From a bacterium (lineage in GTDB: Bacteria; Verrucomicrobiota; Kiritimatiellia; CAIVKH01), in NCBI GenBank assembly GCA_030432155.1, contig JAUIHQ010000002.1, forward strand, positions 1 to 51,250: a DNA stretch of 51,250 nucleotides, given 5' to 3'. Both the position numbers and the translations under genes were made by a program. The notes under the pieces are model-generated. The model saw only the letters and a list, made by a program, of their open reading frames with translations. It was not told where the DNA came from and ran no database searches. Below are positions 46,130 through 51,250 of this stretch, one piece after another; position 1 is the first letter of the stretch; every line of letters starts with the position of its first letter.

Positions 46130-47269
46130 ATGATTATGAATCAAATTCTATCGGTTACCCGAGCCTTGTCCGACCTGCCGTTATTGGTGCTGGTATTTCT
46201 TATCTCTGTTACCACAGACGTTTCCATTGCGGATGAGGTGGACGTTTCATCAAGTCAACTCTATGACACCAACAAATTCACCGGATTGATGGCCAATCAT
46301 GCGGAAGACATCGCAGAACTCGAACAGACATTCGTTGATCATCAATATTCCTATCTGCCCATTGCTCCACCATTCAGTGATTTTGTTCTGGATCAACCTG
46401 CCAATGCTCCCGTGATACCGTTCAGCGTCGAAGGGTTTCCCTCATCATTTAATGAGGGCTTGATTGGCTATTACGAGAACAGCGTCGTTGTCTATCCGGT
46501 AACCATTATGGAGGATGCCTCCACTCGGTATACGGTGTTTTTGAATGAAGACGGACAGGCCATCTATTCCATTGCCCCTGTTTCTGGATATGACCCTTTC
46601 GCCTACCTGAAATATCGGTTTCCCTCCCTGTATACAGGGACAACACACTGGTTAACGGTTCAGGAGTACGAGGACGTCTATGACCCCTCCAGAATCCGCA
46701 TGAAGGCGACACTTATTCCCGATGATTATCTTGAGTTTTACTTGTATGCCGAGCAACAGGTTCAGGCATTTCTACCGTCAATTGGATTTGGAGGAGGCGG
46801 AATGGCCATGATGTCAGGAGGCGGTGGTTCCGACAGCAACATCGTCTTTACCAGCATTCATCTGGCGACCAACGGGCTGGCCATGTGCGTGGCCTATCCA
46901 ACGAATTTCACGAACAGATTGGATATCTTTTCCTGCAACTACATCGAAAAGGAAGCCTGGGAGGTTGCAGCAGGTCAACTTTCTACGACGGGAACGAATG
47001 TCATTACATGGGTGGAAACAAATTCATGGCTGAACGTTCCTCCATTCTATCGCAATTACGCCGCCGCAAATGCGGATATTGATACGGATGGTGATGGCCT
47101 CTCCGACCCCCGTGAAAATATGGTCCATCTGTCCGACCCGACCAATGTTGAAACGGATGGCGACGGCATGAACGATTATGACGAAGTCCAGCAGGGATTT
47201 AATCCTGCCGTTTCAAACCTACCATCAAGAATCACAATTCATTTTCCCGTGAATGGACGTGTTTTGTAA
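46130..47269 (+). CDS. Secreted hypothetical protein with C-terminal thrombospondin-type-3-like Ca-binding repeats; lower-GC island.
   Basis: Signal/TM LPLLVLVFLISVTTDVSIA. Gly-rich linker GFGGGGMAMMSGGGGSD. DIDTDGDGLSDP and ETDGDGMNDYDE. The TAA stop overlaps the ATG of the next gene (TAATG). Confidence 0.65.
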   Translation: MIMNQILSVTRALSDLPLLVLVFLISVTTDVSIADEVDVSSSQLYDTNKFTGLMANHAEDIAELEQTFVDHQYSYLPIAPPFSDFVLDQPANAPVIPFSVEGFPSSFNEGLIGYYENSVVVYPVTIMEDASTRYTVFLNEDGQAIYSIAPVSGYDPFAYLKYRFPSLYTGTTHWLTVQEYEDVYDPSRIRMKATLIPDDYLEFYLYAEQQVQAFLPSIGFGGGGMAMMSGGGGSDSNIVFTSIHLATNGLAMCVAYPTNFTNRLDIFSCNYIEKEAWEVAAGQLSTTGTNVITWVETNSWLNVPPFYRNYAAANADIDTDGDGLSDPRENMVHLSDPTNVETDGDGMNDYDEVQQGFNPAVSNLPSRITIHFPVNGRVL

Positions 47270-50200
47270 TGAGTAACCCAGCATGCAAAGATAATCTTAA
47301 GCAATCCAGGCTGATTCTAGTCGCGGTTGCCTCTATACTATTGTTCTCGGACGCGACCATTTACGCAAATGTCGTTGATACACTGGTCGTGCCGATCAAT
47401 GACAGCCAGCCCGTATCACAGGACGAGACCTGTAGTAGCGAAATTCTCGTAAAAACAATGAACGTCAAACCCGTGTTACCGCAAGGTGCAACAATTACCT
47501 CCTGCGTATTAAATGTAGATTTCATCGATGATGCATTCAAAACCGCCGGAGGGGCGATTGACGGAGGTTTCGATAACTGCGAACCGAGCAGTGGATATAC
47601 AGGCATTGACATGCTTCCATATATCGATACCGCCGTGGGCGAATTCGACATCGAATTATGGGACAAGACCGATCAAACCCCAAGCGGACAAAACGAGGTC
47701 AGCATTCAGGGGAGCGTAACATACATGTACACACTCGACCCGATTGTTCCGCCAATGGATGATACAAACGCGCTACTTGAAACCATTGTTTTTGACGACT
47801 GTAAAAAAGGAGACTCTCCTCTCAAGAAGCTTGGGTGCGGAGCTTGCGGAGACGATGGCAACCCTCAAGCGTATGTAATTGTTGCTAATTTCAACGTATT
47901 AATCATGGACACACCCATCTGGCATGAAACGGAAGTCGGCCCCCCACTGGAATTGAAAATGATTTTCAGTAATTACGCCGAGACAAATTCTGCGAAAACC
48001 TTCGGCCCCAAATGGGACCATAATTGGAACTGTTACGTCAGAATGATCGGCCCCGGCACGAATTCGGTGCGACTGCCATCGGGAAGCATCGTCTCATTTA
48101 CCTCTACGGGGGGAAGTCCGTGGTCTCCACCAAGCACTCTGACAGGCGAATTGATCTTCACCAACAGCGTGTTTCAATACATCAAGCCGGATGGTCAGGT
48201 GCTTCAATATGCGGTATCATTGGGAGATACCAACGTATATCTTCTTGACCGAATATGGGATGCTTGGTCAAACACGGTTGAAGTCAGTTATACGAATGAC
48301 CGTCCATTTCAAGTAACGCAAATCAACCCCGACACGGGAAGATACCTTGAGTTTTCATATACAGGCACGAATGCCCATGCCGATACTGTAAACACAGAAT
48401 CCAACGCTCTCAGGACGGCAACTTTTTCATACGATTCAGCAGGATTTCTGACCAACGTCATAGACATGGGGGAATACGGCTATGTCTACACTTATACCAA
48501 TGGCTTTATGGAGGGCGTCTACAAGGAATCCGTATCAGGCACCAGACGAATGGGATTCTCGTATAGCTCAACTCCCGACACGTGGGACGCTACGAACTCG
48601 CACATTCTGACAACCACGGATGCCGAAGATCGAACAAGAAAATTCACCTGGAAGTTCGGGCTGGTCACAGAAGACACGGAATATCTGTCGCAATCCAACA
48701 GGGAGTACTACGTCATTGACTTAAAAACAAACAAAGGAGCCGTTGTCATTCAACATGGAAACGTCAACGGTGCGTCAAGGTATTATTCTTTTCTCTCCAC
48801 AGAACACATACATGTCTACGAAGACAGAGACGGGGCTGAATGGGATTACACCCGCAACGACAATCACCAGATTACTTCCATCACGGACCCGCTGAATAAC
48901 GTATGGAGCAACGTCTATGACACCAACGGGATCGACCTTCTTTACGTTTCGCCCCCCGAAGGAGAACCACAAGCCTATTGGACCTATGTATCAGGCAAAC
49001 ATGCTGTTGAGACGGAAACCAACGCCTTAGGCAAGGTAACATTGTACCAGTACAATGAACTTGGTCTTGTTACGAACTGGCATGATGGCCGAACAACGAG
49101 TTCGCTTTTTTACGACTCGGAAGGTCGTCTTCTTTCATGGCACAGGAATGGAATCCTGATGGAGACCAATCAGTATGACGCCTTCGGTCGGCTGATCTGG
49201 CAACAGAACTCGGCGGGGCTGATCATGACCAACGCATATGACGATCTGAACAGGCCATTATCTCAGACCTATAACAACAACGGTGAAACATCGACACAAT
49301 CAGTGCAGTATGATTGCTGTTTCATCGACCAAACCGTAGATCGGAAAGGACGGATATCTTACTACACCTATAATGACCTTGGCTGGATGCTGGAAGAGAC
49401 CAACCCGAAAGGGCTGACGAATTACTACGGGTACGGATACCACGGCCAGCCCGAATCCATTTCCAACGTTCTGGAACACGAAACCAGAGAATATACGCCT
49501 GAAGGATGGATTAAGAGACGCGAATTGCCTGAACGCTCCTTTGATGGAACTCATGCGGAGAATTTCTTTTATGACAATGAAGGGCTTCTTACCAAGCAAC
49601 AGGGTCTTGCGGGTGAATTTTACAAGTACGAGTATGATGACCTTGGTCAATTGACGGCAGTCTATGTTCCTGACGGAAGCACCCTCGATTTCGGGACCGA
49701 AGAGTATGTCCGCTATGCCACGAACCGCTACGATCCCAGAGGTCGAGTCGTCTGGTCTACGGACATTCGTGGCCTCGAAACAACCAATACCTACAATGAC
49801 CTCGGCCTGATGACGGGACGCAATCATCCCGACTCAACCACAGAAGCGTGGACTTACAATCCCTGGGGGCAGATTACCAGTTACAAAGACAGGGCGGATC
49901 AGATTGTCAGCAACCTCTATGACAGCGTTGGAAGGCTGATTGAACAGATAGATGCAAGGGGCTTCAGCACTCACTTCGGTTATTCCGACGCTGATTTCGT
50001 TACGTCTGTCAGCAATGAGGTACTGGAGATTGCATGGACGTTTGATTATGACGATGAAGGTCGCATCACCACTATCAATAATCCTGATCAAACGCAGGAA
50101 ACCCGTGCCTATGACACCGTGGGTTCGGTTACTCAATTTGTCCGTGGAGGCATCACGGTTGTCTATGAATATGATGACCTTGATAACCTTACGGCAGTCC

Positions 50201-51250
50201 TTGTTGAAAACACGCAGGATGTTGTCGGGGGAGGCGGTGGCGGAGGCGGACCTCCGACTTCCACCAATGAAACCGAATGGCTACTGGTTGTCAGCAATCG
50301 GTATGATGTATTGGGTAGAAAGATCTACTCGGAAACATCGGATGGACTTACGTTTACAAACACTTTCGACAACTGGGGTGAACTAAATACCCGCTTCTGG
50401 CCCGAAGGATTGAGTGATTCTTTTGAATACGGAGACAGAGGATTAACCAATTGGACAGACAGGCTTGGCATCGAGAACAAACTGGCTCTTGATTCTCTTG
50501 GAAGAGTGATTGGCATTACCGATGGAGAAAGCCGAACCATCCAATTTGCTTACCTGACCAATGGCATTGACCAACTGATTACGCTCATTGACGGCAACAG
50601 CAACACGACATCATGGACCTATGATGAGTATGGGAATCCATCCCAGAAAACCTATGCCGACTCTTCGCAGGAAACCTATTCCTTTGATGTCCTGAACCGC
50701 ATCACGAACAAACTGGACGCTTCGGGAATCGACACGGCCTACGGGTATGATGAGGTTGGAAATCTGACCTCCATCCAATACGGAAATGACCCCCTGATTG
50801 AGTTGGGATATGACGCTCTCAACCGTCGCACAAACATGACCGATGGTGTTGGAACGACGACATGGGAATATGACTCAATGGGAAGAATCACTTCGGAGTC
50901 GGGTCCGTTCAATCAGGATGTAACAGCATCCTATGATTCACTTGGAAGAATGACCAACCTCACCCTGAGTGGTTATTCATGGGATTGGGAGTATGATGTT
51001 CTTGGAAGAATCACATACGTGGACGGCCCCGAAGGCTTGTACGGCTTTTCCTATCTGGATAACGGCTTCCGACGGGTTTCGGTATCATGGCCAAACCAGA
51101 TTGGAGCAAGTTACCAGTATGACTCCCTGAAGCATCTCACCAATATTGATTGCGATGAAATGTTCTCCATCGGCTATCAGTATGACGATGGAGGAAGGCG
51201 AACCAATGAAGTATGGGAAAGTGGTCGCTCCATTTCCTACGGCTATGATG
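47269..51250 (+). CDS. RHS/YD-repeat protein (polymorphic-toxin-type shell), 5' partial in window, runs off the right edge. Not in the supplied ORF track.
   Basis: Hand translation from ATG 47269 found no stop through 51250. N-terminus MSNPACKDNLKQSRLILVAVASILLFSDATIYA. More than 20 YD repeats, e.g. YDAFGRLIW, YDSVGRLIEQ, YDDEGRITTI, YDVLGRKIY, YDSMGRITSE, YDVLGRITYV. Confidence 0.85.
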   Translation, partial: MSNPACKDNLKQSRLILVAVASILLFSDATIYANVVDTLVVPINDSQPVSQDETCSSEILVKTMNVKPVLPQGATITSCVLNVDFIDDAFKTAGGAIDGGFDNCEPSSGYTGIDMLPYIDTAVGEFDIELWDKTDQTPSGQNEVSIQGSVTYMYTLDPIVPPMDDTNALLETIVFDDCKKGDSPLKKLGCGACGDDGNPQAYVIVANFNVLIMDTPIWHETEVGPPLELKMIFSNYAETNSAKTFGPKWDHNWNCYVRMIGPGTNSVRLPSGSIVSFTSTGGSPWSPPSTLTGELIFTNSVFQYIKPDGQVLQYAVSLGDTNVYLLDRIWDAWSNTVEVSYTNDRPFQVTQINPDTGRYLEFSYTGTNAHADTVNTESNALRTATFSYDSAGFLTNVIDMGEYGYVYTYTNGFMEGVYKESVSGTRRMGFSYSSTPDTWDATNSHILTTTDAEDRTRKFTWKFGLVTEDTEYLSQSNREYYVIDLKTNKGAVVIQHGNVNGASRYYSFLSTEHIHVYEDRDGAEWDYTRNDNHQITSITDPLNNVWSNVYDTNGIDLLYVSPPEGEPQAYWTYVSGKHAVETETNALGKVTLYQYNELGLVTNWHDGRTTSSLFYDSEGRLLSWHRNGILMETNQYDAFGRLIWQQNSAGLIMTNAYDDLNRPLSQTYNNNGETSTQSVQYDCCFIDQTVDRKGRISYYTYNDLGWMLEETNPKGLTNYYGYGYHGQPESISNVLEHETREYTPEGWIKRRELPERSFDGTHAENFFYDNEGLLTKQQGLAGEFYKYEYDDLGQLTAVYVPDGSTLDFGTEEYVRYATNRYDPRGRVVWSTDIRGLETTNTYNDLGLMTGRNHPDSTTEAWTYNPWGQITSYKDRADQIVSNLYDSVGRLIEQIDARGFSTHFGYSDADFVTSVSNEVLEIAWTFDYDDEGRITTINNPDQTQETRAYDTVGSVTQFVRGGITVVYEYDDLDNLTAVLVENTQDVVGGGGGGGGPPTSTNETEWLLVVSNRYDVLGRKIYSETSDGLTFTNTFDNWGELNTRFWPEGLSDSFEYGDRGLTNWTDRLGIENKLALDSLGRVIGITDGESRTIQFAYLTNGIDQLITLIDGNSNTTSWTYDEYGNPSQKTYADSSQETYSFDVLNRITNKLDASGIDTAYGYDEVGNLTSIQYGNDPLIELGYDALNRRTNMTDGVGTTTWEYDSMGRITSESGPFNQDVTASYDSLGRMTNLTLSGYSWDWEYDVLGRITYVDGPEGLYGFSYLDNGFRRVSVSWPNQIGASYQYDSLKHLTNIDCDEMFSIGYQYDDGGRRTNEVWESGRSISYGYD

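Overview
This is about 51 kb of a high-GC Gram-negative chromosome. PEP-CTERM, many TPR and secreted proteins and an ExbBD cluster suggest a PVC-type organism, but that attribution is inference. The window spans the replication-origin region (dnaA, a DnaA-box cluster, dnaN). I support about 45 protein genes. Most sit in tightly packed operons, many with ATGA/GTGA start-stop overlaps. Housekeeping genes: dnaA, dnaN, pdxJ, nnr, Mn-type sodA, queE-like radical SAM, M24 aminopeptidase, PfkB kinase. Envelope and secretion genes: a heterodimeric ABC exporter plus TraB/GumN, a PEP-CTERM protein, a BON lipoprotein, an LpxL-like acyltransferase, a GT4 glycosyltransferase, and a 1155-aa secreted GH13 amylase. 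Regulators: LacI, PocR-AraC, and a tandem degenerate GGDEF protein. A DUF433/PIN-like toxin-antitoxin-like pair is embedded in a four-gene overlapping operon. The most unusual locus is a six-gene TPR-TPR-ExbB-ExbD-ExbD operon at 34674-41144. Its last gene has a TonB-like SxxxH membrane anchor fused to a VWA/MIDAS domain instead of a TonB C-terminal domain. Other points: a perfect (CCCGCAT)n heptamer array (G-quadruplex-capable on the minus strand) lies directly after a stop codon, and a decayed copy sits in the same position at a second locus. There are also several large palindromic or structured intergenic elements. From about 45.9 kb to the end, a visibly lower-GC island encodes a secreted protein translationally coupled to a large RHS/YD-repeat protein. 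That gene runs off the right edge and is missing from the ORF track. A second edge-running frame at the left end is also missing. I saw no rRNA, tRNA, CRISPR, transposase or integrase. Most other long ORFs in the track are antisense shadows typical of high-GC DNA.
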